DNA from: Bacteroidota bacterium
Lineage (GTDB): Bacteria > Bacteroidota > Ignavibacteria > UBA10030 > CAVZMI01
Assembly: GCA_050011775.1 (NCBI GenBank)
Contig: JBEKIL010000004.1
Coordinates: 99,825-163,824, forward strand
Direction: 5' to 3'
DNA: 64,000 nucleotides
Shown here: one piece after another, positions 55,207 to 64,000 of the stretch
Position numbering within the stretch: position 1 is the stretch's first letter
Layout of the letters: each line of letters starts with the position of its first letter
The notes under the pieces: model-generated
The model's input: the letters and a program-made list of their open reading frames with translations, nothing else
Database searches by the model: none
What the model was told of the DNA's origin: nothing
Translations under genes and position numbers: made by a program

Positions 55207-58200
55207 CTTCAATAGAAAAACCGCCAAATCCCACAACAGGCTTCTCGCCGTGCGTATCGGCGTTTTCCAATTCCATTTTAACTAAACGCTGCTCGCCGGG
55301 CATAAGCGAAATATAATTATCGCTGTATATAACCGGTAAAATCCTCTCGCCGCTTTTTTCTCCCGTTACTTTCAACACAACCATTAGCGCGGGTTGATCG
55401 GTATTGTTTTTCAGACTGGTCGTCAAATACCAGCGGTTTCCTTTCTGTTCCGCTCTTGTGTCTGAATCCAATTTCACCTTTGGAAGTCTGCGGATCGCTT
55501 TGAGATCGCCTTCTTCCAATCCGTGCCAGTAAAAATTTTCCGAGATCACTTCGCCGCCTTTTTCAAGCTTGAGCCTGATAAAACAAACGCGGCTCAGGCT
55601 ATCGGCAGATTCAATACTGAAACAATGTATTATGCTGTCTTCCGGACAACTCATCGTTGTTTTCCTTTTTATTTTTACTGTTCCGTCCAGACCGATAATT
55701 TCCATGCTTGCCGTAAGCTCGCGACCGTTCGGATCGCTGTAATTAACAACTTCAATGCTGTCGCTCAATGGATTCCACTGAATATGCAGCGGTTCGCAGG
55801 CTTTCTTGCAGCCGAAATAAGCTGCAGTCGGCTCGAAGTAATAATCATAGGTTTGCCAGACAAGAGAAGGCCACGCAGGGTGGCTCATCCATAATAACAT
55901 TCCCATCCTGTTCTTACCTTGAGCTTCAAACATTGCGCGATATCCCTGGTAGTTCATCCACTGTGAGAATGAAAGCCACTCTTTCAAATCATTCACGGGT
56001 CCGAAACTTTCCTCAAGCTGTTGAATAAATGACGATCCACCTTGAGCACCATTCAGACAAAAATCGTGGATCCCCCACATACGCTCCCGGGGCCATATTG
56101 CAGAATCGGGCATCATTTGTTTTAGACTTTCAAACGAGACGATGTCAGGCATTCCCATTTCACTGTGGAGTTTTTCCGTTGCCCTTTTTTCGAAATAAAA
56201 CTTTGTCGGCATTGCCCTATAGGGCCCTCCACCGCTCACCACTCCGAATGCCGAGTTTGATATGTAGTGCACATCCGGGTGTAATTCCTCCAATAATTTC
56301 CTGATTGCCGAATCTATTACCTCAGGCGGATTGCCTTCGTTACGCCCACAGTATAATGCAAGTGAGGGGTGATTGCGAATTCGCTTTACAAAGTCTTCCA
56401 CATTCCGTACGAACATATTATTATTGCTTGGGTTCGGACCGTCTACCGGGTTCGCCAGCCAGAAATCCTGCCATATCATAATACCGTGGCGGTCACAAGC
56501 CTTATAAAATTCTTCGTCGCCCGTCTGTCCGACCCAGTTTCTAATCATGGTGAAATTCATCTCTTTGTGATAGCGTACCGCGATATCATACTCCCTTCCC
56601 CGGTAACGAAGCATCGATTCGGAAAAACCCCAGTTGCCGCCTTTGCCGATGAACCTCCTGCCGTTAATCCAGATTTTCAAAATCCCACCGTCTTCGGAAT
56701 AAGTCATTTCTCTGATGCCCGTTGAAAACGAAATTGAATCCGATACTCGATCATCTGCAAGAACGAATGTAAGTTCAACATTATACAAATTAGGTTTACC
56801 GTATCCGTTCGGCCACCACAACGCGGGATTGTGCAAGTGAAGCGACGGGTGTGTAGAGGAATTAAATCTTACCCTCGCTTTTTCAGAAGCTTTAAGTGTA
56901 ACAGATTGTTCAAAAGCAACCCCACCGAATTTACCTCGCAGCATTCCCGTTACGCGTTCCGAGCTATGATTATAAAGATGTGCTTCTATAATTACATCAG
57001 CCGACGATGTATCCGGAAGAGGTAGCTTGGTTGAAATAAAAGGATTTTCAATTGTGACTGGGCCACTCACCGACAGGTAAACGTCGTTCCAGATGCCGGT
57101 ATTGCGTCCACGTATAGTCGGTATCCAGTCCCAGCCGATGGATGCATGAAAGGTCGGATTATCTGCACCAAGCTCGCCGCCGTTCGCATCGGGACTGAAT
57201 TTCGTTTGTTCTGTGACAAATCCGGGTGCGGCATTTTTTTCGATATGTACAGCAATCACATTTTTCTTTCCAGGGATAATGATTCCTGAAACATCAAATT
57301 GGCCACGCGTAAAAGCTCCTTCTATCCGCCCGAGCTTTTGGCCGTTCAGAAAAACTTCCGCTTTCCAGTTTATTCCATCAAAGTTCAGAGATATCCGTTT
57401 CCCTTTATAGGAAGCAGGAGCACTGAACTCATCCCTGTACCAGAAATCCGAATAGAAGTAAGAATCCGAAATCATCAATTGATTGTCTCCATAATTCGGA
57501 TCGGGCAGAGCCCCCACGTTGAGGTAACTGACAAGCACTGTAGCCGGCACGGTTGCAACAATCCAGCTGCTGTCATTGAATCCCGGTCTGGACAACGCTC
57601 CACCGTCGGCGTGAACCTGCGAGCTGCGTTGAAGCTTCCATGCACCTCCGGACAAATACAATTTCCCATCTTCTTTCACAGAAGGCTGGGCATGCGGGAC
57701 CGCTACTGGACCACCCCTGCCGTACACTTCCAATTCACTTAAAATGTAATTGCCGTCTATAGCGGGCTTTTTTAAAAGTACGCGCACATACCTCCCTGTA
57801 ACAGGTTTGCTCAATTTAATATCATCGGTGTATCCCCAATTCTTAGGCAGCAACATGACATCCTTCCAGTGCGATGCGTCGTCCGACACCTGAATCGAAC
57901 CGGCTGTGGCACGGTGTAACCAATAGAGAACGATTCGATCAAACGAACATTCCGCGCCCAGATCTACATAAACCCACTCATCCCCTTTGCCTTCGCTCAT
58001 CCATGCGCTGGAAAACCGGTACGGTCCCCCAATAATGGAACGTGTTCCATTGGTGAACATGGCAAACTCGCCGATACCCCAACTCTTGGCGTTCGGGGAA
58101 TGTAAATCGACCCGATAGAACCGGTGGTGAGACGGTTTCTTCAAATCAAAAGGATAATTGAATATTCGAAAGTTGGGCGGAAGAAATTTTCGGTAAAAAC

Positions 58201-58762
58201 CGGTAATAGTGTCTCCGGGGAGACCACCACCGCTTACTGTACCCAATGTTTCCCAATTTCTCCCTTCATCAGAAACGCTTACAGCCATCTCCCAATGTTG
58301 AGGTTCCAGACTGTCAACCAGAAGGCTGCCTAATACAGCGATACTATCCACCTGCGGGATAATACTATTCCCGCTAATTTCTATCTGAGCCCAGACATTC
58401 GGACCTCCCAGATTTTTCCCGGTCATCATGTGACGATCCAAAATCCATTCTCTCTCGTTCTTTTTAGCTATTCCATCGCTGTAGGTCGTAACTACGAAGG
58501 GGGGAGGTTGTGATTCTTTTATTCCATCGGTAACAAGCTGCGCAGTCAGATTATAATCGTAACTGCTTGAATTGTAAGCAGGCCTGTGTAAAGCAAGGTT
58601 TCTATACGTTGCATTATCTATTCTTATCGACGGAGAGAAATCTTCTTTTGCGTTCCCGGGGTATATACCCACGCCACGTGTGTATTCCTGAGCCTTTGTC
58701 GTAGTGAAGACGAATATCGCAAGAAAAATAAAAATGGTATGGAGTAGAGTCATTTTTCTCAT
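55202..58762 (-). CDS. Glycoside hydrolase family 2 (exo-beta-glucosaminidase / beta-mannosidase-like) with discoidin domains
   Basis: F5/8 modules (WVYVDLG..ILSELEVYG), ATVPATVL, FDGINWKAEVFLNG, KGGNWG, MIRNWVG, RIRNHPSLALYCGRNEG, SEMG. Confidence 0.88.
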   Translation of the reverse strand: MRKMTLLHTIFIFLAIFVFTTTKAQEYTRGVGIYPGNAKEDFSPSIRIDNATYRNLALHRPAYNSSSYDYNLTAQLVTDGIKESQPPPFVVTTYSDGIAKKNEREWILDRHMMTGKNLGGPNVWAQIEISGNSIIPQVDSIAVLGSLLVDSLEPQHWEMAVSVSDEGRNWETLGTVSGGGLPGDTITGFYRKFLPPNFRIFNYPFDLKKPSHHRFYRVDLHSPNAKSWGIGEFAMFTNGTRSIIGGPYRFSSAWMSEGKGDEWVYVDLGAECSFDRIVLYWLHRATAGSIQVSDDASHWKDVMLLPKNWGYTDDIKLSKPVTGRYVRVLLKKPAIDGNYILSELEVYGRGGPVAVPHAQPSVKEDGKLYLSGGAWKLQRSSQVHADGGALSRPGFNDSSWIVATVPATVLVSYLNVGALPDPNYGDNQLMISDSYFYSDFWYRDEFSAPASYKGKRISLNFDGINWKAEVFLNGQKLGRIEGAFTRGQFDVSGIIIPGKKNVIAVHIEKNAAPGFVTEQTKFSPDANGGELGADNPTFHASIGWDWIPTIRGRNTGIWNDVYLSVSGPVTIENPFISTKLPLPDTSSADVIIEAHLYNHSSERVTGMLRGKFGGVAFEQSVTLKASEKARVRFNSSTHPSLHLHNPALWWPNGYGKPNLYNVELTFVLADDRVSDSISFSTGIREMTYSEDGGILKIWINGRRFIGKGGNWGFSESMLRYRGREYDIAVRYHKEMNFTMIRNWVGQTGDEEFYKACDRHGIMIWQDFWLANPVDGPNPSNNNMFVRNVEDFVKRIRNHPSLALYCGRNEGNPPEVIDSAIRKLLEELHPDVHYISNSAFGVVSGGGPYRAMPTKFYFEKRATEKLHSEMGMPDIVSFESLKQMMPDSAIWPRERMWGIHDFCLNGAQGGSSFIQQLEESFGPVNDLKEWLSFSQWMNYQGYRAMFEAQGKNRMGMLLWMSHPAWPSLVWQTYDYYFEPTAAYFGCKKACEPLHIQWNPLSDSIEVVNYSDPNGRELTASMEIIGLDGTVKIKRKTTMSCPEDSIIHCFSIESADSLSRVCFIRLKLEKGGEVISENFYWHGLEEGDLKAIRRLPKVKLDSDTRAEQKGNRWYLTTSLKNNTDQPALMVVLKVTGEKSGERILPVIYSDNYISLMPGEQRLVKMELENADTHGEKPVVGFGGFSIEE

Positions 58763-58838
58763 AGTACTTCCTGCTGAAACTGGATGATAGATGCCTTACT
58801 CCCGATCAATCTGTCGGTTCGCGAAGTAGAAGCTCTGC

Positions 58839-60704
58839 TTATGGTGCCTGCACGACGGTGATTTCAAACGGCTTTATGTTCAATGAAACATCACTAATAA
58901 CAGGTCCGCCGAATCGCACGAAACTTGTATCCTGCTTCACTGATAGCTCCTTGTTGTTCACTGCTTCACGCCAACCGGAAGTCGGAATCTTCTTGATGAA
59001 CCTAAGCGTCATCGCCGCTGTTTCATCGCTCATGTTATAAAGGACATATTGCTTGTCACCGAACAAGTACATGCCGACACCTCCGGGGCCATCCAACTCC
59101 GTTCCAAGTTCTCTTACGAAAGCACGTCGGATCAAATTGAGAGCCTGTGAGGGGAGACGCAGCAGATCGTAGCTGTTCTCCGGCATATTTAAGACATATA
59201 TTCTTCCCTGGAGGTATTGCACGTTAAAAAGGACTCCGAAGTCGTAGTCATCCAGCTCCACGGCGACATCGCGCGCGTAAGGCCAGGTAGTCGTTTCGAT
59301 GCGGGGGAAAGTGAAAGTCCTGTCCGCCTTGATGAGATCCTCCCGGAACCATCCTTCCCTCAGCCTGAATTCATCCGACGTCACGCTCCCACCGTAATCA
59401 ACTAGATTCAGAGTGTTCTTGAATTCTGTATTCTGAAGTTTTTTCCAGAGCCCCCACGTCATAAACAGGTCTTTTCCTTCACGCAGTCGTGCGAGCATCT
59501 CATCGGCGAGTCCGGAATCCTTGAGTGAGTGGAGAGTGAAAATTGCATTCTGGCTTTGCGTCGGAAACTGTGCCACCGGAGTGAGCGGAATTCCCGCCAT
59601 GCCCAAATAACCGAAAATATTATATTCGCCTGTAGAGCCGTAAGGCAAATAGATCGGGACTCCGCGCGAAGGGCCGTTCAGCATTCCAGCAACTCGGTCG
59701 AACTCCTTCAGCTTATCGCGGAAATAAGGGTAAACGTCGCTTGACGGACCGGTTGCAGGATGAAGCTGACCTGCGCACCATAGGATTATCTCCGGTGTCT
59801 GTGCAAGCACCGCCTGCCAGATCTGAGCATTGTAATCGTTATAGTCTCCCTTCATATCGTAATTGTCCAACCACGAGCCGACCCACTTGGAGGAATCGAC
59901 GCTTGAATACCATTTCTGGAAAATATAACCGCTGTAGATCGGTATATGCTGGTCGTGATTCATTCGATTCCGTGTTTCGATGCCGACGGCCATATTATCA
60001 AATAGACGAGTTTCGTTGTAGACGTCGTAACCGTTGTCTCCGAATCCTTCGTACCAGTTCGGGTACTTGATGATGATCCTGACTTCAGGATTTACCTGTT
60101 TGGCTGGAGCAATGATATATTTTTTGGATTGTTCGAGCAATAGTTTTGTGCGGTATTCGGCCCAGGTTTGATTGCCCCGTTCTTCTACACTTTTAGGATC
60201 CGTGGCTAAGGTAAAAAGCCAATCGTCGATAATGATATCGTCGAAGACCCCAGCCAGTGCGCTCATTCGTTTTTCGAGGGCTGCCAAGTCTCTAGGATCA
60301 TTGTAATATAACGGACCTTGTGCTCCGACCGGTACCATTGCGCCAGAGACTCCGATGCCCATCGCCCGAAACTTATCGGCGATTTTTTTCAATAAGGATA
60401 TATTAATTTCCCCGCGGCTTGTCCCTTCGAGATACACATGGCGAGCTCTTATTGGAGAGAAATATTCCATTGTCTTCTGGAATTTTTCAGGATCGGCGAG
60501 AAGTGTATCAATATCCCGCGATGTGAAGTAGATCGCGTACTTCAAGCACGGCCAGCCCGCTTCGCTCGTCTCGCCTTCGGCTCGCCGAAGCGAACGAGGC
60601 GAGCCCGCTATCTTGCTGTTTTCTTGACCGTGAGCAAAGTGTGTACCCAGAAGCAGGATGGACATCAGTCCGAGGGTGAAATATTTAGCGATTTTCTTTT
60701 CCAT
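58839..60704 (-). CDS. Secreted hypothetical protein, putative glycoside-hydrolase-like
   Basis: Signal peptide, TIM-barrel-like alternation with IIIDDWLF, co-transcribed upstream of GH2 (function is inference). Confidence 0.65.
   Translation of the reverse strand: MEKKIAKYFTLGLMSILLLGTHFAHGQENSKIAGSPRSLRRAEGETSEAGWPCLKYAIYFTSRDIDTLLADPEKFQKTMEYFSPIRARHVYLEGTSRGEINISLLKKIADKFRAMGIGVSGAMVPVGAQGPLYYNDPRDLAALEKRMSALAGVFDDIIIDDWLFTLATDPKSVEERGNQTWAEYRTKLLLEQSKKYIIAPAKQVNPEVRIIIKYPNWYEGFGDNGYDVYNETRLFDNMAVGIETRNRMNHDQHIPIYSGYIFQKWYSSVDSSKWVGSWLDNYDMKGDYNDYNAQIWQAVLAQTPEIILWCAGQLHPATGPSSDVYPYFRDKLKEFDRVAGMLNGPSRGVPIYLPYGSTGEYNIFGYLGMAGIPLTPVAQFPTQSQNAIFTLHSLKDSGLADEMLARLREGKDLFMTWGLWKKLQNTEFKNTLNLVDYGGSVTSDEFRLREGWFREDLIKADRTFTFPRIETTTWPYARDVAVELDDYDFGVLFNVQYLQGRIYVLNMPENSYDLLRLPSQALNLIRRAFVRELGTELDGPGGVGMYLFGDKQYVLYNMSDETAAMTLRFIKKIPTSGWREAVNNKELSVKQDTSFVRFGGPVISDVSLNIKPFEITVVQAP
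60556..60603. repeat. REP palindrome inside a reading frame
   Basis: CCCGCTTCGC..GAAGCGAACGAGGCGAG, same family as 36423, 41593 and 46842; encodes GSPRSLRRAEGETSEAG. Confidence 0.75.
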
Positions 60705-60759
60705 AATCTACTCCTTTATACAAAATTTATTCAATAGAATAAGATTGAAAGAACCAATA

Positions 60760-61797
60760 TTATTTTGAATTCTCGATGATCTCAATTCCTTTCTCGATGA
60801 TCCTGTCGATACCTTTGATAGAATCATCCACAGTTGTCAACACGGGAACATCGGGAGGGATGCCTTTGCCTTCAACAATGAAGCCATCGGCAGTGGCTCC
60901 AATTTCTGTAGATAACCTGTAGGTCCAGCCGTTGGGTAATTCTCTGAAGATCGGATTCCCGAGACCTCCGCCAGTCGTGTCGCCTACAATGGTAGCGTGC
61001 GGCAATACCTGGAATGCCATGACGAAGCACTCGGCAGCGCTGCAAGTCCCCCTGCTCGTGAGAATTACCACAGGTTTGGTGTATTGATACGCGCCTTTCG
61101 GTTCAATGTAACGATTGAGCCATTCGGAGAAATTATCCTTTCCGGGGCCATTTTTTGTGCAATATTTTGTATATAATCTTTTTTGATCGGCAAACCGGTC
61201 GGCAACAGTTTCTGCATTGAAGCCGTTGCCTCCGCTGTTCCAGCGAACATCGATGATGAGCCCTTTGGTATCCTTGAATTGCTGCAATATATCATCGATG
61301 ATGAGATATCGTTCATCGAGGATATTCAAACCTTCTCCCCCTCCCGAAAACGTATTGATATTAATATATCCTATATTATTATTTTTACATTGACGGAATT
61401 CCATAATCGAATTCTGAGCACCTCCACAAATGACGTACTTACATGAATTAATAAATTTACTGCTCGGATATTTCCCGAGCGTTACACCTTTCCAGTAGAC
61501 ATCGCCAAACGGTGTATACAAAGTAGAATGCATGTCATTCAACTTAAGTATTATATTCGACAAAATATCGAATAATTGCCTGTCGGTTGTTCGGAAAGAT
61601 ATTTGAGGCCGGGTGACAGTATATACTGAGTCCCAATCTATATGGCGGATTTTAAATTGAGCATAATACAGGTCGAAATCCTTCCAGAAGATCTCGAAAT
61701 TATTTTCGGGCGTATTTGCCGGATCGGCATCGAAGAATATTTTTTCGCATCCGATAAAGGAAACGAGGAACAGCATCAAGAGATATCGATATTTCAT
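60760..61797 (-). CDS. S41 family peptidase, lipoprotein
   Basis: Lipobox FIGC, NFEIFWKDF, LIIDVRWNSGG, TCSAAE, VGDTTGG, ELPNGW, GKGIPPD. Confidence 0.9.
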   Translation of the reverse strand: MKYRYLLMLFLVSFIGCEKIFFDADPANTPENNFEIFWKDFDLYYAQFKIRHIDWDSVYTVTRPQISFRTTDRQLFDILSNIILKLNDMHSTLYTPFGDVYWKGVTLGKYPSSKFINSCKYVICGGAQNSIMEFRQCKNNNIGYININTFSGGGEGLNILDERYLIIDDILQQFKDTKGLIIDVRWNSGGNGFNAETVADRFADQKRLYTKYCTKNGPGKDNFSEWLNRYIEPKGAYQYTKPVVILTSRGTCSAAECFVMAFQVLPHATIVGDTTGGGLGNPIFRELPNGWTYRLSTEIGATADGFIVEGKGIPPDVPVLTTVDDSIKGIDRIIEKGIEIIENSK

Positions 61798-61803
61798 AAC
61801 CTT

Positions 61804-62655
61804 TTAGAGAAGAATGATGAAACCGACAAGAAATTGATTGTTAACGTATCGCGTGTAAAAAAGGTTTTTGTATTCTGCAAACGAATAGAATTGAAATCTG
61901 TATTGAAATTCAAGCCCGATAGACTTACCGACGAACGTTAGATAGGAAAGCTCGGCCTGCAATTTAAACAATCTATTCAACGTGACAAAATCGCCTTTCT
62001 TGATTATTTGCCATAATAAATCCTTATTAAGATCCAGCTCGTTGAATGTCTCACTTACATTTATGTTGTATCTATCGTTCATCAATACGTAGGATATCAA
62101 AGGTATATGGATATGAAACGATAGAAAATCATCGGATGATTCGCTGAAAGTTGTTTCCGATAACGCATCAAAAGCAAGACTGGTCATTGGTTCCCCGGTT
62201 AACTCACTTTTATCTCTAGAATAATGGAAGTCTCTCAGGTTCAGAAAAAATGAAAAGCTACCTCCGAGGAAGCAGTTCGTATTGATCCTTTCGAATGCGA
62301 ACGCCTTTCTGCAATAGGAATATTCCAAGAAAATGTTTAGGTTATTCGCATAATGCGACACGGTATTGGTAATGGAAGAAGTAAGTTCTAAATTGTCATA
62401 AGATGCCGTGATGGTATGCCGATCTTTAATTCCCCTATACCTATAAGTCAAAAGAATTGGTAACTGACTGCCCTTATAAATAAGCGGGGAAATAATATCA
62501 TCCCGTATTATATGATTGCTTAACCCGATCGATAAACCAAGCATATGCTGTGGTTCGACAATCAACGAATCCTGTGCATTCGAAGCCATCAGGAAACATG
62601 AAGAGATAATTAATACGATAGTTATTCTTTTAATCATTTTGATAAATAATGACAA
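61804..62655 (-). CDS. Hypothetical outer-membrane/secreted protein paired with the S41 gene
   Basis: Signal peptide, aromatic-rich alternating beta strands, DDIISPLIYKG. Confidence 0.65.
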   Translation of the reverse strand: MSLFIKMIKRITIVLIISSCFLMASNAQDSLIVEPQHMLGLSIGLSNHIIRDDIISPLIYKGSQLPILLTYRYRGIKDRHTITASYDNLELTSSITNTVSHYANNLNIFLEYSYCRKAFAFERINTNCFLGGSFSFFLNLRDFHYSRDKSELTGEPMTSLAFDALSETTFSESSDDFLSFHIHIPLISYVLMNDRYNINVSETFNELDLNKDLLWQIIKKGDFVTLNRLFKLQAELSYLTFVGKSIGLEFQYRFQFYSFAEYKNLFYTRYVNNQFLVGFIILL

Positions 62656-62733
62656 TGCACTGCTTGTTATCAGGTGCAGCGGTTTCTACATTGTGTGGCG
62701 GAATTCCCTCGGAGCTTCCTCCTTTTACTAAGA

Positions 62734-64000
62734 TCAGAAATAGGGCCGCATCCGGTATTTCATCCCAAGCGTTTTCTCGACGAACTCTTTTGCCTTCTCC
62801 TGATCTACTTCATCCATGCCTACGATGCTCATGACAACCTCGGGAAGGTATTTCTGGCATTGCCTGGCGAACTCAAGCATTGCGGGATAGAAACGGGGAC
62901 CGTCGATACGCATCAGGCGGCCATACTGTTCAGGATCTGTGGAATTCAGGCTTATCGATACACTATCGATCAATCCCACAAGTTCCGGAACTATATTCCG
63001 TTTATTGATGACACTGCCGTGTCCGTCGGTGTTGATGCGGACTTTTCCACCGTGCTCTTTGACCCATCGGGCAATATCTTTCAGCTCATCGAGGCGAATC
63101 GTCGGCTCACCATACCCGCAAAAGACAATCTCATCGTATTTTGTCGGATCGCCGATCTGATCTATGACTTCCTGTGCGGTCGGTTCCTCAGTGATGCGAA
63201 GATTATGTCCTTTTATAACCGCCTCACCTTTGCGATCGCAGAAAACACAATCAGCATTGCAGCGGATCGTCAGGTTAATGTATAGAGCATTCTTGAGCTG
63301 GTACACGATCCGTGGCGGATCGAGGCTCCCGATACCAAATAACTTTTTTGCATTATACGACGTCGTCCGTTCTACATCTTTTATCGTTGCATGCATTATT
63401 TCGGCGATTTTTTCTACAACAATTTTCACATTTGCCGGTTCATTCCGGTGGCCGCGGAAGGGGACGGGAGTAAGATACGGGGCATCGGTTTCAACCATAA
63501 TATAATCGTAACTGATCTTTTTCAGCACATCGACGGTGTTGGAATTTTTAAACGTGACAATTCCCGGAAACGAAATCAGAAAACCCATCTCAATGAGTTT
63601 CCAGGCTGTTTCTGCATCCCCTGCATAACAATGGAACACTCCTTTATGAATGGGAACCTTACCGTCCGATCCTGTCGTTCCACTCCGCCATTTCGGTTCC
63701 TGAGCGATCGTTTCCTCGACGATATGTATGGCATCATTGAGAGAATCACGAGTGTGAATCACCACCGGGAGATTTCTCCGGCTGGCGATACGAAGCTGCT
63801 CGCGGAACACATCAACCTGAGTCTCACGGGGAGAAAAGTCGTAATAGTAATCGAGTCCGATCTCGCCGATAGCGACCACCTTCGGGTGTCTGCTTATTTG
63901 TTCAATTTCTTTGAGTGATTCCGCGGTGGCCTTGCCTGCATCATGGGGATGGAAACCGACACAGGCATAGATCATGTCGTATCGTTCGGCCAGATCGATA
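62734..64000 (-). CDS. TatD-family hydrolase fused to a radical SAM domain (5' end outside the window)
   Basis: TatD motifs GFHPH, AIGEIGLDYY, VIHTR, VFHCY, ETDAPYL, NEPA, then CNADCVFC (CxxxCxxC) and FCGYGEP in the same ORF. Confidence 0.9.
   Translation of the reverse strand, partial: IDLAERYDMIYACVGFHPHDAGKATAESLKEIEQISRHPKVVAIGEIGLDYYYDFSPRETQVDVFREQLRIASRRNLPVVIHTRDSLNDAIHIVEETIAQEPKWRSGTTGSDGKVPIHKGVFHCYAGDAETAWKLIEMGFLISFPGIVTFKNSNTVDVLKKISYDYIMVETDAPYLTPVPFRGHRNEPANVKIVVEKIAEIMHATIKDVERTTSYNAKKLFGIGSLDPPRIVYQLKNALYINLTIRCNADCVFCDRKGEAVIKGHNLRITEEPTAQEVIDQIGDPTKYDEIVFCGYGEPTIRLDELKDIARWVKEHGGKVRINTDGHGSVINKRNIVPELVGLIDSVSISLNSTDPEQYGRLMRIDGPRFYPAMLEFARQCQKYLPEVVMSIVGMDEVDQEKAKEFVEKTLGMKYRMRPYF

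Overview
Bacterial chromosome segment. C-terminal T9SS sorting domains (NYPNPFNP type), a PorD/DUF4835 homologue and TonB receptors suggest an Ignavibacteriota/Bacteroidota-Chlorobiota-group organism (inference). Minus-strand housekeeping blocks lie at both ends. Left (1-15.3 kb): sppA, lon, two hsp20, trxB, queG, ferredoxin, metH, a TonB receptor, rdgB, radA. Right (44-64 kb): rsmI, lat, an aldehyde dehydrogenase, purB, an HtrA protease, split transketolase, plsY, porD, a GH2/S41 accessory block and a TatD-radical SAM fusion. Between radA and rsmI lies a ~28 kb island in which every recognisable gene is on the + strand. By eye, the gaps between these genes contain integron attC-like sites: RYYYAAC-like left cores, GTTRRRY-like right cores and 11-12 bp paired inner arms. 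No integrase is in the window, so this is a CALIN-type cassette array. Several cassettes also have their own 15-23 bp terminal inverted repeats. Cargo includes large T9SS-secreted proteins, beta-lactamase-family serine hydrolases, an MBL-fold hydrolase, orphan ORFs and an Hna-like SF2 helicase/PD-(D/E)xK nuclease that is a candidate anti-phage gene. Several REP-like palindrome families are present, one inside a reading frame. No rRNA, tRNA or CRISPR array was found. All calls come from motif reading by eye; no database searches were run.
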